Notes: generated from the sequence alone by a model not told the origin. A stretch of DNA of 64,000 nucleotides from Chthoniobacter sp. (GCA_031390545.1 JANMTP010000047.1:8930-72929), one strand, 5' to 3'; shown: positions 1 through 10,217, numbered from the stretch's first letter. A program made the numbers and translations.

Positions 1-686
1 TTCCGCCGCTGGCCGATCTCTCCGTCGAACTTCACGACGAGGCCTTTCGACCCGCGGAGGGTGGTGCGTGGCCGGAAGGGCTGACCCCGGCGGGCGTCAG
101 TGAGCGATTTTCCACCACTCCGCCCGTCTCCTTGTACGGGGCCACCAAGCTCGCCTCGGAATGCCTGGCCTTGGAATATGGCGAAACCTTCGCTTTCCCG
201 GTCTGGATCAACCGCTGCGGAGTGCTGGCAGGGGCCGGGCAGTTTGGCAAAGCCGACCAGGGCATTTTCTCGTTCTGGATCCATAGCTGGGCCCGACGCC
301 GACCCTTGAAATACATCGGTTTCGACGGCTTGGGACATCAGGTTCGGGACTGCTTACACCCCGGCGATTTAACCCCGCTGCTCACTGTCCAGATGAGTAA
401 CGGCGCGGTCCTTCGAAAGCCGCGCGTGGTCAATGTGGCGGGCGGATCGAGCTCCGCGATGTCCTTGCGCCAGCTCTCCGCTTGGTGCGCCGCCCGGCTC
501 GGCAGTCATTCCGTGGCGAGTCATGCGGAACCTCGGCGATTTGACCTGCCGTGGGTGGTCCTCGATGCCGGACGCGCGGGAGAAGCGTGGAATTGGCAGC
601 CCGCTACCGGGCGAGATCAAATCCTCGAGGAAATCGCCCAGCACGCCGAGGCGAACCCCGATTGGTTGGAGCGAACGTGTGTTTGA
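1..686 (+). CDS. NAD-dependent sugar-nucleotide epimerase/dehydratase (extended SDR), 5'-truncated at window edge
   Basis: Frame 3 is open from nt 3. It has the SDR catalytic YxxxK (SLYGATKLASE) followed by C-terminal substrate-domain-like sequence. Stop TGA at 684-686. Confidence 0.75.
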   Translation, partial: PPLADLSVELHDEAFRPAEGGAWPEGLTPAGVSERFSTTPPVSLYGATKLASECLALEYGETFAFPVWINRCGVLAGAGQFGKADQGIFSFWIHSWARRRPLKYIGFDGLGHQVRDCLHPGDLTPLLTVQMSNGAVLRKPRVVNVAGGSSSAMSLRQLSAWCAARLGSHSVASHAEPRRFDLPWVVLDAGRAGEAWNWQPATGRDQILEEIAQHAEANPDWLERTCV

Positions 687-760
687 CCGTCACCAGCCTT
701 GGCGGGAGTCTGAACCCCGCTCGGCCCGGATCTTCCCGTTTCCTGCCTCCATCGCGAACG

Positions 761-2155
761 ATGCTCATTCCTGATCCGGTCCCGGTGTCCTCGCAGCAAC
801 GCGAAACTCCGCCGTCGATGGCCGCGCGCCTCGGCCGTTGCGGTGTGGCGCTCGCGATCCGCTGGCAGCGCTGGCGGGCCCGCGTGATCTCGCTTTTCGC
901 CGGGCAGCTCGCCGTCCAAATCTTCAGCTTCGTCACCGGAATGCTGCTCCTGCGCTGGATGAGCGTGGAGGCCTTTGCCCAATTCGGTGTCGCCTTCGGC
1001 TTCCAATGCATGTTGGCGGCCTTTGTCGATCTGGGCTTCAGCGGGTCCATCGTGAGCCTCGTCGGCGCGCGGGGCGACCAGCGTGAGGTGGTGGGCGGCT
1101 ATATCGCGGCCGCCCGCTGGTGGCGGCGGGTCCTCATGACCTTGGTCATCCCCGTCGCGGCTGTCGCCTTCTACTATATTTACGCCCGCCAAGGCTGGCC
1201 ACTCGCCGAAGGGGCGGTGCTGTTCGTCTGCATCATCCTCACGCTCTACGTCTCGGGATGGCAGGCGTGGGCTTCCGCCCCGCTGTTGATTCACCAGCGA
1301 GTGGCGCAACTTTACCGGGCGCAGATCGTCGGCGCGGTTGCCCGCCTTGCCGCGTGTGCCGCCCTCTTCGTTATGCATAGCCTGAATGCCGTCACGCTCA
1401 CCTTGGTAAACACGGCCGTAGCCGCGGGCGTTGCCTGGAGTTATTGGCGGGAGGCCCGCCCCTTTTTCGATGAGCCTCGCGAATCAAGTCCGCTCATCCG
1501 CACGGAAATGCAGCGCTACCTCGCGCCCCTCCTCGCCGGCGTCATTTTTTATGCCTTGCAGGGCCAGTTAAACACCCTGCTCATTTCCATTTTTGGCCGC
1601 ACCCAGAGTGTGGCCGAGGTGGCGGCTCTGGGGCGTCTTGCCCAACTCTTTACCCTGCTCGGGGCGGTCCACGGGACGCTCGTTGTTCCCTATTTTGCGC
1701 GGCTTGCGCAGGAGCTTTTGATCAGCCGCTACTGGTTGGCTCTCGGCGCGTCTGTGGTCGTCGCGGCGGTCTTGACCGTGGCCTCGTTTCTCTTTCCAGA
1801 CCCCGTCCTGTGGGTCTTGGGGGGGAAGTATCGCCACCTTCAAACCGAGTTGGGTTGGATGGTGCTCGCCAATTCGCTCGCCTTCATCGGCGGCGTCCTC
1901 TGGTCCATTCATAGCGCCCGCAAGTGGGTCTTCTGGTCCAGCACCTTCCTCTACATCGGCGTGGTCACGCTCACGCAGATTATCTTCCTCAGCTTCCTCC
2001 GCGTGGATTCCACGCTGCACGTCATTTACCTCTCCGTCGCCACCAACGTTGCCGTGATCTTCGTTCACGCCGTGACCGCTTGGATGGGTTTCCGATGGAA
2101 GAACGACGGCGGCGCGACGCCGCTTTCCCCGGCCCCGTTGCCGTCCAGCCTATGA
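761..2155 (+). CDS. Polysaccharide flippase-like multi-pass membrane protein (Wzx/MOP superfamily-like)
   Basis: ORF 551-2155 with ATG at 761 chosen as start. About 12 hydrophobic segments, and its position in the glycan locus fits a flippase. The stop overlaps the next start (ATGA). Confidence 0.6.
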   Translation: MLIPDPVPVSSQQRETPPSMAARLGRCGVALAIRWQRWRARVISLFAGQLAVQIFSFVTGMLLLRWMSVEAFAQFGVAFGFQCMLAAFVDLGFSGSIVSLVGARGDQREVVGGYIAAARWWRRVLMTLVIPVAAVAFYYIYARQGWPLAEGAVLFVCIILTLYVSGWQAWASAPLLIHQRVAQLYRAQIVGAVARLAACAALFVMHSLNAVTLTLVNTAVAAGVAWSYWREARPFFDEPRESSPLIRTEMQRYLAPLLAGVIFYALQGQLNTLLISIFGRTQSVAEVAALGRLAQLFTLLGAVHGTLVVPYFARLAQELLISRYWLALGASVVVAAVLTVASFLFPDPVLWVLGGKYRHLQTELGWMVLANSLAFIGGVLWSIHSARKWVFWSSTFLYIGVVTLTQIIFLSFLRVDSTLHVIYLSVATNVAVIFVHAVTAWMGFRWKNDGGATPLSPAPLPSSL

Positions 2156-2859
2156 GTTCTCCATCCAGCAATGAATTGAAGGAGCTGCATCTCTGGACCG
2201 AGGGTGGCAATCCGGTCGCCAACCCCCAACAGATTGAGCTCTACCTACGCTGGACGACGCCGGGGGAAAGCATCCTCGATATCGGCTGCGGAGACGGCAG
2301 CCTCCTGCGCTTCTTGCGGACGCGCGGCTTTCAGGCGGAAGGCGTCGATCTCAACGCCGAGTTGGTCGCCGGTTGTCAGGCGGACGGGCTCAAGGTGCAA
2401 CTGGGCGATGCGCGCGAAGCCATCCGGCTAGCCAATCCGAGTCACCGCATTTTCTCGATGCTGGACTTCGTGGAGCACATTCCCATGGAGGCGTTACTCG
2501 AAATCCTGGGCGCGATCGCCTTGCGACCCGGAGCCCGCGTCTGGATTCAAACGCCCAATCTAGAGTCGATCATGGGCTTTAAGTTTTGGTTTCACATGCC
2601 CAGCCACATCCTGCCGCTGCATCCGTGGGTGCTCCGGAAGATTCTTAATCGGCTGGGCTTCACGATCCTCGAGGAATGGACCGACTATGGCGGACTCCCG
2701 TGGACCGGCTTCCGCCGCTGGATCAGCCTGAAAATCCTGAACGGTCTCTTCGGCCCGCCCATGGCCCAAATGTTTCTTGGCGGGGGCAATATCTGTCTGG
2801 TCGCGGAGGTTCGCCCCGTCTCGGGCGTAAAAAATCCTGCGGCGTCCAGTGCTTCATGA
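2152..2859 (+). CDS. Class I SAM-dependent methyltransferase
   Basis: Motif I ILDIGCGDGS. ATG at 2152 overlaps the upstream stop (ATGA). Confidence 0.8.
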   Translation: MSSPSSNELKELHLWTEGGNPVANPQQIELYLRWTTPGESILDIGCGDGSLLRFLRTRGFQAEGVDLNAELVAGCQADGLKVQLGDAREAIRLANPSHRIFSMLDFVEHIPMEALLEILGAIALRPGARVWIQTPNLESIMGFKFWFHMPSHILPLHPWVLRKILNRLGFTILEEWTDYGGLPWTGFRRWISLKILNGLFGPPMAQMFLGGGNICLVAEVRPVSGVKNPAASSAS

Positions 2860-4100
2860 GTTCTGCTAGTTCATTGCGCATCGCTTTCATCGTCACGGGG
2901 GATGGCGGCAGTGGCACCTACTTCCGCTACCACAATTTCGCGAAGGGACTGGTCCTGCTCGGACACCGCGTGGTCGTCTATGGCCAGTGCGCCAGCGCGC
3001 GTTTTTCGACCCGTCGCGAGGTGCGGGACGGGGTGGATTACGTGCTCGCGCCGTCAGCGCCAGGCAATCGGTGGATCGATCATTCCATCAATCCGGGAAA
3101 TCTCTTCTGGCGCGCGATCCAAAACATCGAGCGGGCCGATATTTACCACCTGTTTCAACCCCACGGAAATTCCACGCTCCCGTGGTTGGCTCTGCAAAAA
3201 TTCCGCGCCCGAAAGGGTGCGCTCTTCGCGTGGGATTGGGACGATCTTTGGTGTGGGGGACTGCTTCCGACCGAACCGGCGTCGGGCTTGCCCAAGTGGC
3301 GTTATCGCCTGCTCGATCGTCTGGAGCAGACGCTGCCACGCCGCGCCGACTTGGTCACCACTTGCTCGGGCTATCTGGCCCGCCTGGCCGTCCGCCCCGG
3401 AGCCCCCGAACCGGTCGTCATTCACAACGGCTACTGGCCCGGTGCCGCTCCCGGGGATCGCGCCACGTTGCGGGCGGGATTGGGTTTGCAGCCCGAGGCT
3501 TTCTATCTCGGTTTCATCGGCTGGACGCCGACCGAAGTTTCCTGGTGTCTCGACGCCCTTGCCCAACTCGACGACCGCGTGCGCCTGGCCAGTTGCGGCT
3601 ACGACATCCGCCAAAATCTCGGTGCTTACCCAAGGCTGGCCGACCGCCTTGACTACCTCGGAAAATTGCCAGCCGAGGACGCCCGGCGCGTGATGTATGC
3701 GATTAATGTCGGCCTGCTTCCGCTCGCCGACTCGGCCTTCAACCAGAGCCGTCTGCCGATCAAATTTGCCGACTACCTCGCTGCAGGCGTGCCCGCGATT
3801 TGCGGGGATGTGGGCGAAGTGGGCGCGCTGGGTCGGCAGATTCGCGGAGCTGTTCTCTGTCCGCCGGAGGAAAAAGGTTGGGTTGCAGGTTGCGTCGCCG
3901 CCGTCCGCGCGATCCAGCGCGACCCCGCGATTCATCTCCCAGACAAAAATTCCCTCGACCGTCATCTCTCGTGGCCGCACCTCGTTGCGCAACTCGAAAG
4001 CGCTTATTTCTCAGCACTGGAACGGATCACCGAAGTCACTCCCAGTTCCGCTCAAGAGCCAGCCCAGGCCACCCAGCCCGTGGCGGAACAAATTCGGTAG
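2856..4100 (+). CDS. Glycosyltransferase, GT-B fold (GT4-like)
   Basis: N-terminus LRIAFIVTGDGGSGTYFR, with a C-terminal nucleotide-sugar-binding-like region. ATG at 2856 is in an ATGA overlap. Confidence 0.75.
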   Translation: MSSASSLRIAFIVTGDGGSGTYFRYHNFAKGLVLLGHRVVVYGQCASARFSTRREVRDGVDYVLAPSAPGNRWIDHSINPGNLFWRAIQNIERADIYHLFQPHGNSTLPWLALQKFRARKGALFAWDWDDLWCGGLLPTEPASGLPKWRYRLLDRLEQTLPRRADLVTTCSGYLARLAVRPGAPEPVVIHNGYWPGAAPGDRATLRAGLGLQPEAFYLGFIGWTPTEVSWCLDALAQLDDRVRLASCGYDIRQNLGAYPRLADRLDYLGKLPAEDARRVMYAINVGLLPLADSAFNQSRLPIKFADYLAAGVPAICGDVGEVGALGRQIRGAVLCPPEEKGWVAGCVAAVRAIQRDPAIHLPDKNSLDRHLSWPHLVAQLESAYFSALERITEVTPSSAQEPAQATQPVAEQIR

Positions 4101-4108
4101 TAGGTGCC

Positions 4109-4942
4109 ATGCTTTTCTCCGTCGTCATTCCCACCTGCCAACGCAACGATCTGCTCGCGCTGTGTTTGCAACGCCTCGCCCCGGGAATGCAGCAAATGTC
4201 TTCTGAGAACTACGAGGTTATTGTCACCGACGACGGAACCGTCTCCACTGCCGAAACCCTGATCCGCGAAAGTTTCCCTTGGGCGCGGTGGGTGCAGGGC
4301 CCGCGCCAAGGCCCCGCTGCCAACCGGAACAACGGGGCAAAGCTGGCGTGCGGCGAATGGCTCGTTTTCGTGGATGATGACTGCCTGCCGGACACGCTCC
4401 TCTTGAGCTCCTACCATGGGGCGCGGCTGGACCATCCTGGCGTCTGCGTACTGGAAGGCCGGACCTATGTAGATCGTCCCCAACGCACGCTCGCAGAATG
4501 CGCGCCCATCAACGAGCAGGGCGGTTACCTGTGGTCCTGCAATTTTTCCATCGAGCGGGCGTTCTTTGCCAAGCTAGGTGGCTTCGAGGAGCGGTTTCGC
4601 TTTGCGGCCATGGAGGATGTCGAACTGAGGCACCGGCTCCACGATTCCGGCTGCCTCATCCCTTTCGTAAGCGAAGCTGCAGTTTGCCATCCATGGCGGC
4701 CGCGGCATCCAATGAAGGAAGTGCAGCGATACCGCGCATCGCTGCAGCTATTCATCGCGCTGCGACCGGAGTCGGCCCAGCAGTTCCGTTTCCGCGCGGT
4801 GCTCCTGGTCAACATCCGCCAACTCCTAAAGGTGACTTTGCCCAGCGCTGTCCGACTGCGCGGCGCGGGACTTCCGACCGCGTTGGTAGAGCATTTTTAC
4901 ACCATCTATGCTGCTCTCATTCGTCCGCTCAGGCCTCAGTGA
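4109..4942 (+). CDS. Glycosyltransferase family 2
   Basis: FSVVIPTCQRNDLL ... YEVIVTDDGT ... FVDDDC (GT-A DxD signature). Confidence 0.85.
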   Translation: MLFSVVIPTCQRNDLLALCLQRLAPGMQQMSSENYEVIVTDDGTVSTAETLIRESFPWARWVQGPRQGPAANRNNGAKLACGEWLVFVDDDCLPDTLLLSSYHGARLDHPGVCVLEGRTYVDRPQRTLAECAPINEQGGYLWSCNFSIERAFFAKLGGFEERFRFAAMEDVELRHRLHDSGCLIPFVSEAAVCHPWRPRHPMKEVQRYRASLQLFIALRPESAQQFRFRAVLLVNIRQLLKVTLPSAVRLRGAGLPTALVEHFYTIYAALIRPLRPQ

Positions 4943-4966
4943 TCCTGCTGCCCAATTCTTTTCTCC

Positions 4967-5629
4967 ATGCTCTACCATGCACTGAATACCCCTGTTTTGG
5001 AGGCCGTCCCCGCCTCTGCGAAAAACATCCTCGACCTCGGCTGTGGCACCGGAAACCTCGCCGCTGTGCTCAAGGAACGCGGGGCCAAGGAAATCGTTGG
5101 AATTACCTTTTCTGAGAGCGAAGCAGCACTGGCGGCACAGAAGCTCGATCGGGTGCTTGTTGAGGACCTTGACACCTTTCTGCCGCCGGCCAATTTCGGC
5201 GCCTTCGATGCGGTAATCTGTAGCCACGTCCTCGAACACCTTCGCGAGCCCGAACGTTTGCTGCGGGTGATACGCGACCAAATTGCACCCGCCGGCCGCT
5301 TGATCGTGGCACTGCCAAATCTGCTCTACTGGAAACAGCGCTTACGTCTGCTGCGTGGACACTTCAAGTATACCGAGGGTGGGTTGATGGACTCGACCCA
5401 TCTCCGCTTCTTCGACTGGGACACCGCGCGGCAGTTGCTCACGCGCAGCGGCTACACCCTGGTCACAGCGGTCGCGGAGGGTGCCTGTCCCTTGCCGGTC
5501 ATCCGGCGCGTTCTGCCTCTGGGGCTCGCTAGCTGGCTCGACCGGACCGCGACGCGGATGTTCCCAGGATTGTTTGGCGCACAATTTGTCATGGTCGCCA
5601 TCCCAGCCAATGAACGCGGCACTACCTGA
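4967..5629 (+). CDS. Class I SAM-dependent methyltransferase
   Basis: Motif I ILDLGCGTGNLA, with the downstream motifs of the methyltransferase type 11/12 fold. Confidence 0.85.
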   Translation: MLYHALNTPVLEAVPASAKNILDLGCGTGNLAAVLKERGAKEIVGITFSESEAALAAQKLDRVLVEDLDTFLPPANFGAFDAVICSHVLEHLREPERLLRVIRDQIAPAGRLIVALPNLLYWKQRLRLLRGHFKYTEGGLMDSTHLRFFDWDTARQLLTRSGYTLVTAVAEGACPLPVIRRVLPLGLASWLDRTATRMFPGLFGAQFVMVAIPANERGTT

Positions 5630-6617
5630 CGACTGGTCGCCAGCAGAGGTGCGGCCGGTGGTCACCGTGCTGATCCCGACTTATCGGCGAAAGGAACTGC
5701 TGCCCGACGCTATTCGCTCGGCTCTCGGCCAAACTTTCACGGAGATCGAAATTCTGGTGCTGGACGATTGCAGCCCGGATGGGACGCGCGACGCAGTCGC
5801 CCCGTTTCTCGCAGATTCGCGGGTGCGTTATCTCCGCCACGAAAAGAATCTCGGGATTGCGGACAACTGGCGCTGTGGAATCAGCGCGGCCCGCGGCGAG
5901 TATTTCTGCATCTTGCACGACGACGACACGCTTGACCCATCGTTCATCTCCCGCCTTCTCGCCCCACTGGTCGCCGATGAGTCACTCATCCTGGCATTTT
6001 GCGATCACTGGGTTACCGACCCGCAAGGCAGGCGCTCGGAGGAACGCAGCCGCGCCACCACCCACGGCTACGGTCGAGATGTTCTGGTGCCAGGGCGGTT
6101 GCGCGATTTCGCCGCGACGGCGCTCGTGCAGAATGCGATCCCCGTCGGGGCTACGTTGTTTCGCCGGAGCGCAGTGTCGCCCGACTTCGTGGATACGCGT
6201 GCGCGCGGATCGATCGACATGTGGCTGCTCTATCGCTGCGTCCAGACTGGCTTGGGGGCGCACTACCTTCCCGAACGCCTGATGAATTATCGTGAGCACA
6301 CGGGAGGTATGTCGAAGAGCATGCCTTTCGAGATGATCGAGGGGCATCTTTTCCGCTTCCGCGAGATGCTGCGCGACCAGGAGCTGGCGAGCTTGCATCC
6401 GGCCTTGAGCCTAATGCTGAAGGAAGCGTTGGAGTGGCACGGAATGGCTCTGCTCGCAGCCAAACGAAATCGCGCGGCGGGAGATTCATTCTGGGAAGCG
6501 ATGCGGCTCAAATGTTCACTTAAGGCATGCTTTGGTTTGGTGCTCAGCCGTTTGGGGAAGATGACTCCCCGTGTGCTGGACCTCTCAAAGAAGATGCTGG
6601 CCCCGGTTCGCGCATGA
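5610..6617 (+). CDS. Glycosyltransferase family 2
   Basis: VTVLIPTYRRKELL ... ILVLDDCSPDGT ... ILHDDDT. ATG at 5610 gives a 20-nt overlap with the upstream gene. Confidence 0.85.
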   Translation: MNAALPDDWSPAEVRPVVTVLIPTYRRKELLPDAIRSALGQTFTEIEILVLDDCSPDGTRDAVAPFLADSRVRYLRHEKNLGIADNWRCGISAARGEYFCILHDDDTLDPSFISRLLAPLVADESLILAFCDHWVTDPQGRRSEERSRATTHGYGRDVLVPGRLRDFAATALVQNAIPVGATLFRRSAVSPDFVDTRARGSIDMWLLYRCVQTGLGAHYLPERLMNYREHTGGMSKSMPFEMIEGHLFRFREMLRDQELASLHPALSLMLKEALEWHGMALLAAKRNRAAGDSFWEAMRLKCSLKACFGLVLSRLGKMTPRVLDLSKKMLAPVRA

Positions 6618-7753
6618 AGATCGTCCTCGTCGCCAGCAGCCTGGAGCCTGGCAAAGATGGAGTTGGTGATTACACTCGCTCCCTCGCGGTGGAGTGCGCT
6701 CGTCTCGGTCACGAGGTCGCGCTCCTCGCATTGCATGACCGGCACCTGCCCGCACCGTTCGTAGAATTGGAGCCGCCAACCCTACGGCTGCCCGCTACAA
6801 TGCCGTGGGCCGAGCGAACCTGCCGGGCGGAAAAATTCCTCGCCAATTTCGACCCGCAGTGGGTCAGCCTCCAATTCGTCCCCTATGGCTTTCAGGACAA
6901 AGGATTCGTCTGGAATCTTCCAAAATTCCTTGAGCCGCTAACGTTTCGACGCAAAACGCAAATCACCTTTCACGAGCTCTGGATCGGAGCTTATCGCAGC
7001 GCCGGATTCAAGGAACGCGCGATCGGCCTGCTCCAGCGAGCCGGAATACTTCGACTCGTGCGGCGTCTGGCACCGGTCGCTTTTGCCACCAGCAATGATG
7101 CGTACATCGCGCTCCTGGCGCGCGGAGGGATTCGTGCGCAGTTGCTGCCGATGTTTGGGAGTATTCCTCTGGCGGAGAATCCAAAGTCAGACTGGCTGTT
7201 CGCGGAGTTGCGGGCAGCGGGTGTTTGCTTTCAGCGCCGCGAAGAGCTGTGGATTTTCAGCATGTTCGGGGCGCTCCATGCCATGTGGTCGCCCGAGCCG
7301 CTCTTCACCTACCTGGGCGAAGCTGGAGCCCGTGATGGCCGGAAGATTGTCATCATGTCCATGGGCCGACTCGGGGCAGGGGAGGCGCTCTGGCAGAAAT
7401 TCCACGACACCTACGCGGGCCGTTTGCATCTGGTGCGGCTCGGTGAGCGCTCGCTGCACGAAGTTTCGGCGGTGCTGCAGGAAGCCGATTTCGGGATCGC
7501 GACTTCGCCGTGGGAGTTGATCGGGAAAAGCAGCTCGGTGGCCACGATGCTGGAACATGGATTGCCGGTGATCGTCAATCGAGACGAGGTGCGATTTGGT
7601 ATCGAGTCGGGCGCAGACACCCAAGATCCTTTGCTGGTGAAGATGGACGATCAGCTTCCTGCACGCCTCGCCGGGTTGCACAAAGGCGCATCGCGCGCCC
7701 GACTGCCGACGACGGCCGAGAAATTTTTACAGCTGCTGAAAGCCTCGATATGA
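6614..7753 (+). CDS. Glycosyltransferase-like protein (GT-B fold, family uncertain)
   Basis: MKIVLVASSLEPGKDGVGDYTRSL is a GT-B N-terminal beta1-loop. ATGA overlaps at both ends. Confidence 0.6.
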   Translation: MKIVLVASSLEPGKDGVGDYTRSLAVECARLGHEVALLALHDRHLPAPFVELEPPTLRLPATMPWAERTCRAEKFLANFDPQWVSLQFVPYGFQDKGFVWNLPKFLEPLTFRRKTQITFHELWIGAYRSAGFKERAIGLLQRAGILRLVRRLAPVAFATSNDAYIALLARGGIRAQLLPMFGSIPLAENPKSDWLFAELRAAGVCFQRREELWIFSMFGALHAMWSPEPLFTYLGEAGARDGRKIVIMSMGRLGAGEALWQKFHDTYAGRLHLVRLGERSLHEVSAVLQEADFGIATSPWELIGKSSSVATMLEHGLPVIVNRDEVRFGIESGADTQDPLLVKMDDQLPARLAGLHKGASRARLPTTAEKFLQLLKASI

Positions 7754-9009
7754 CGCTCGTCTCGCATCCTACGGGCAACACCTTTGTGCGGGCGCTGCTC
7801 GATCATTTGGTGTCGCGGGAGCGGCTCGGGCGATTTGCCACAGGCTTCGGTTTTGCAGGAATGCCGGCGTGGCTGGAGTTCGTTCCCGCGGCACTGCAAG
7901 CGGAGCTGAAACGACGCGCCTATGCGATCGACCCCAGCCGGCTGACCGCCCGTCCCACGCGGGAACTGGCGCGGTTGGTGGGCAGCAAGCTTTGCCTCCA
8001 TTCGTTGCTGCGCCACGAGACGGGGTGGGCCTCCGTCGATGCGGTCTTTCGCGACCTCGACGAATCGGTGGCCCGCCGCCTGCCGCAGTGGGCGAAAGAA
8101 CATTCGCTCCGCTCCGTTTATGCCTATGAAGATGGCGCGCTAGCCACACTGCGTATGGCGCGGAATCTCGGAATGACGGCTGCCTATGAGCTGCCAATCG
8201 CCTACTGGCAAACGGTGGGTGCGCTCTTGCGGGAGGAAGCGGAACGGCTGCCGGACTGGGCGCGGACCCTCGACGGCACCCGGGATTCGGAGAAAAAGCT
8301 GGCGCGCAAAACAGCGGAGTTGCAGGCGGCGGAGCTGGTCGTTTGTCCAAGCCGCTTCGTGTTAGATTCGATCCCGCCGGCGCTGCGGGCCGGCCGGCGC
8401 TGCATCGTGGCGGAATTCGGTTCACCGCCTCCAGCCCCCGCTGCCGTACGGACGAAAAATCCGGACGCGAAACTGCGGGTGCTTTTCGCCGGCTCGATGA
8501 GCCAGCGCAAGGGACTGGCCGATGTGTTCGCCGCCTTCCGTCTACTCCGGCGGAGCGATGTCGAGCTGGTGGTCATGGGGTCGTTAATCGTGCCTCTGGA
8601 GTTTTATCGCGGCTACTGTGCGGACTTCATCTACGAACCGCCACGGCCGCATGGCGAGGTGTTGCGGCTGATGGACCGCTGCGACGTGCTGGTGCTGCCG
8701 TCGATCGCGGAAGGCCGGGCGCTGGTGCAGCAGGAGGCGATGAGTCGCGGGCTGCCCATCATCGTCACCGCCAATGCTGGGGGAGAGGATCTAGTCGAGG
8801 AGGAGCGGACAGGGTTTCTCGTGCCAATCCGTTCGCCCGAATCGATCGCGGAAAAAATCGCGTGGTTTGCGGATCATCAGGATCGGCTGGCGGAAATGCG
8901 CGAACTGGCGAAAGCGAAGGCTCTTGAGCGATCTTGGGAAAATTACGGCCAAAAGATTCTCACGGCACTCAACGAAGAGCCGCTTGTCGCCCTCACCCAG
9001 GTCCCTTGA
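7750..9009 (+). CDS. Glycosyltransferase family 4 (SHPTGN-type N-terminus)
   Basis: N-terminus MTLVSHPTGNTFVRALL. C-terminal E-x7-E region EGRALVQQEAMSRGLPIIV. Confidence 0.85.
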   Translation: MTLVSHPTGNTFVRALLDHLVSRERLGRFATGFGFAGMPAWLEFVPAALQAELKRRAYAIDPSRLTARPTRELARLVGSKLCLHSLLRHETGWASVDAVFRDLDESVARRLPQWAKEHSLRSVYAYEDGALATLRMARNLGMTAAYELPIAYWQTVGALLREEAERLPDWARTLDGTRDSEKKLARKTAELQAAELVVCPSRFVLDSIPPALRAGRRCIVAEFGSPPPAPAAVRTKNPDAKLRVLFAGSMSQRKGLADVFAAFRLLRRSDVELVVMGSLIVPLEFYRGYCADFIYEPPRPHGEVLRLMDRCDVLVLPSIAEGRALVQQEAMSRGLPIIVTANAGGEDLVEEERTGFLVPIRSPESIAEKIAWFADHQDRLAEMRELAKAKALERSWENYGQKILTALNEEPLVALTQVP

Positions 9010-9066
9010 TTTTAGTGACAATATCATTGTCGTAGCCAAAAAACTTAAGTCGCTACCCGGCTGTTA

Positions 9067-10077
9067 ATGAAGATCCTTCTTTCGTCCTATGTTTTTTCGC
9101 CAAGCATCGGCGGCATCGAAACCGCATCGGCGTCATTGGCTACGGAGTTTGCAGCTCTTGGCCACAAAGTGCGATTGATCACGGAAACAGTCGTGCCCGA
9201 TGGCCTGGATTGGCCGTTCGTGGTGTTTCGCCGACCGCGTGCGAGTGCGCTGCTGAAGCACATGCGCTGGTGTGATGTGTTTTTTCAAAACAACCTCAGC
9301 CTGCAAAATCTCTGGGCGGCCCTGCTCCTGCGGCGTCCGTGGGTGGTCGCACATCAGACTTGGATCGAGCCGACAGGCGCCCTCCCCGGCTGGCGTTCGC
9401 ATCTGAAACGGTTCCTGCTCCGCTTCGGAGCGAATGTGGCGATCAGCCGTGCGGTGGAAGAGCACATGGGCCAACGCGGAGACATCATCGGCAACCCCTA
9501 TCGCGAAAGTCTCTTCCGCGAGTTGCCCGAGGTCCGCCGTGATGAGGATCTGGTTTTCCTCGGACGCCTCGTTTCCGACAAGGGGGCGGACACGCTGCTG
9601 CGGGCCTTGGGAGAGTTGAAAGATGGGGGAGTGCGTCCGCGGCTCACCGTCATCGGCTCCGGGCCAGAGGAGGAAGCGCTGCGCGCTTTGACCATCGAAC
9701 TTGGACTGGCAGAACAAGTGACTTTTGCGGGACCGCAGACCGCAGAGCCTCTGGTGCGGTTGCTGAATGCGCACCGGATCATGGTGGTGCCATCGCGGTG
9801 GGCGGAGCCATTCGGGATCGTGGCGCTGGAGGGGATCGCCTGTGGCTGCGTGGTGGTGGGTTCATCCGGCGGAGGACTGCCCGAGGCAATCGGTCCTTGC
9901 GGCCTCACTTTTTCCAATGGGGACACCGCCGGCCTCACCGCCGTGCTGCGCCGTTTGCTCACCGACGAAGAATTGGTCGCCCAACTGCGGGCCGGGGCCG
10001 CGGCGCATCTAGCCCGGCACACCGCCCGGGCGGTGGCACAGGAATATCTCCGGGTCTTTACCCGCTGCGTGTCGTGA
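9067..10077 (+). CDS. Glycosyltransferase family 4
   Basis: MKILLSSYVFSPSIGGIE ... PSRWAEPFGIVALEGIACGCVVV (E-x7-E). Confidence 0.85.
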   Translation: MKILLSSYVFSPSIGGIETASASLATEFAALGHKVRLITETVVPDGLDWPFVVFRRPRASALLKHMRWCDVFFQNNLSLQNLWAALLLRRPWVVAHQTWIEPTGALPGWRSHLKRFLLRFGANVAISRAVEEHMGQRGDIIGNPYRESLFRELPEVRRDEDLVFLGRLVSDKGADTLLRALGELKDGGVRPRLTVIGSGPEEEALRALTIELGLAEQVTFAGPQTAEPLVRLLNAHRIMVVPSRWAEPFGIVALEGIACGCVVVGSSGGGLPEAIGPCGLTFSNGDTAGLTAVLRRLLTDEELVAQLRAGAAAHLARHTARAVAQEYLRVFTRCVS

Positions 10078-10217
10078 TTTTCCTCTCGCATCCCACCGGT
10101 AAGGCCAAAGTGCGGCCCGCCGCCGAGGCGCTGGCCGCGGGCGACTTGCTGGGGGCGGCCTATCGCCGCCGCCTGTTCGCGGTCGTCCGTGCGCAGATCT
10201 CAGGAGCCCAGGTATGA
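10074..10217 (+). pseudogene. 47-codon ORF resembling the N-terminus of SHPTGN-type GT4 enzymes (gene remnant or coupling mini-ORF)
   Basis: GTG at 10074 overlaps the upstream stop (GTGA), and the stop overlaps the downstream ATG (ATGA). Translation VIFLSHPTGKAKVRPAAEALAAGDLL parallels MTLVSHPTGNTFVRALLDHL of the gene at 7750. Confidence 0.35.

Noticed and set aside
551-760. N-terminal extensions of many track ORFs (551-760, 1924-2151, 2676-2855, 3800-4108, 5481-5609, 6527-6613, 7510-7749, 11191-11451, 42507-42599, 52051-52110, 60971-61000).
   Set aside because: The extensions overlap the preceding gene and translate to Arg/Pro-rich junk. Internal ATGs located at 4-nt stop/start overlaps, or immediately before signal peptides or GT beta1 strands, give canonical N-termini.
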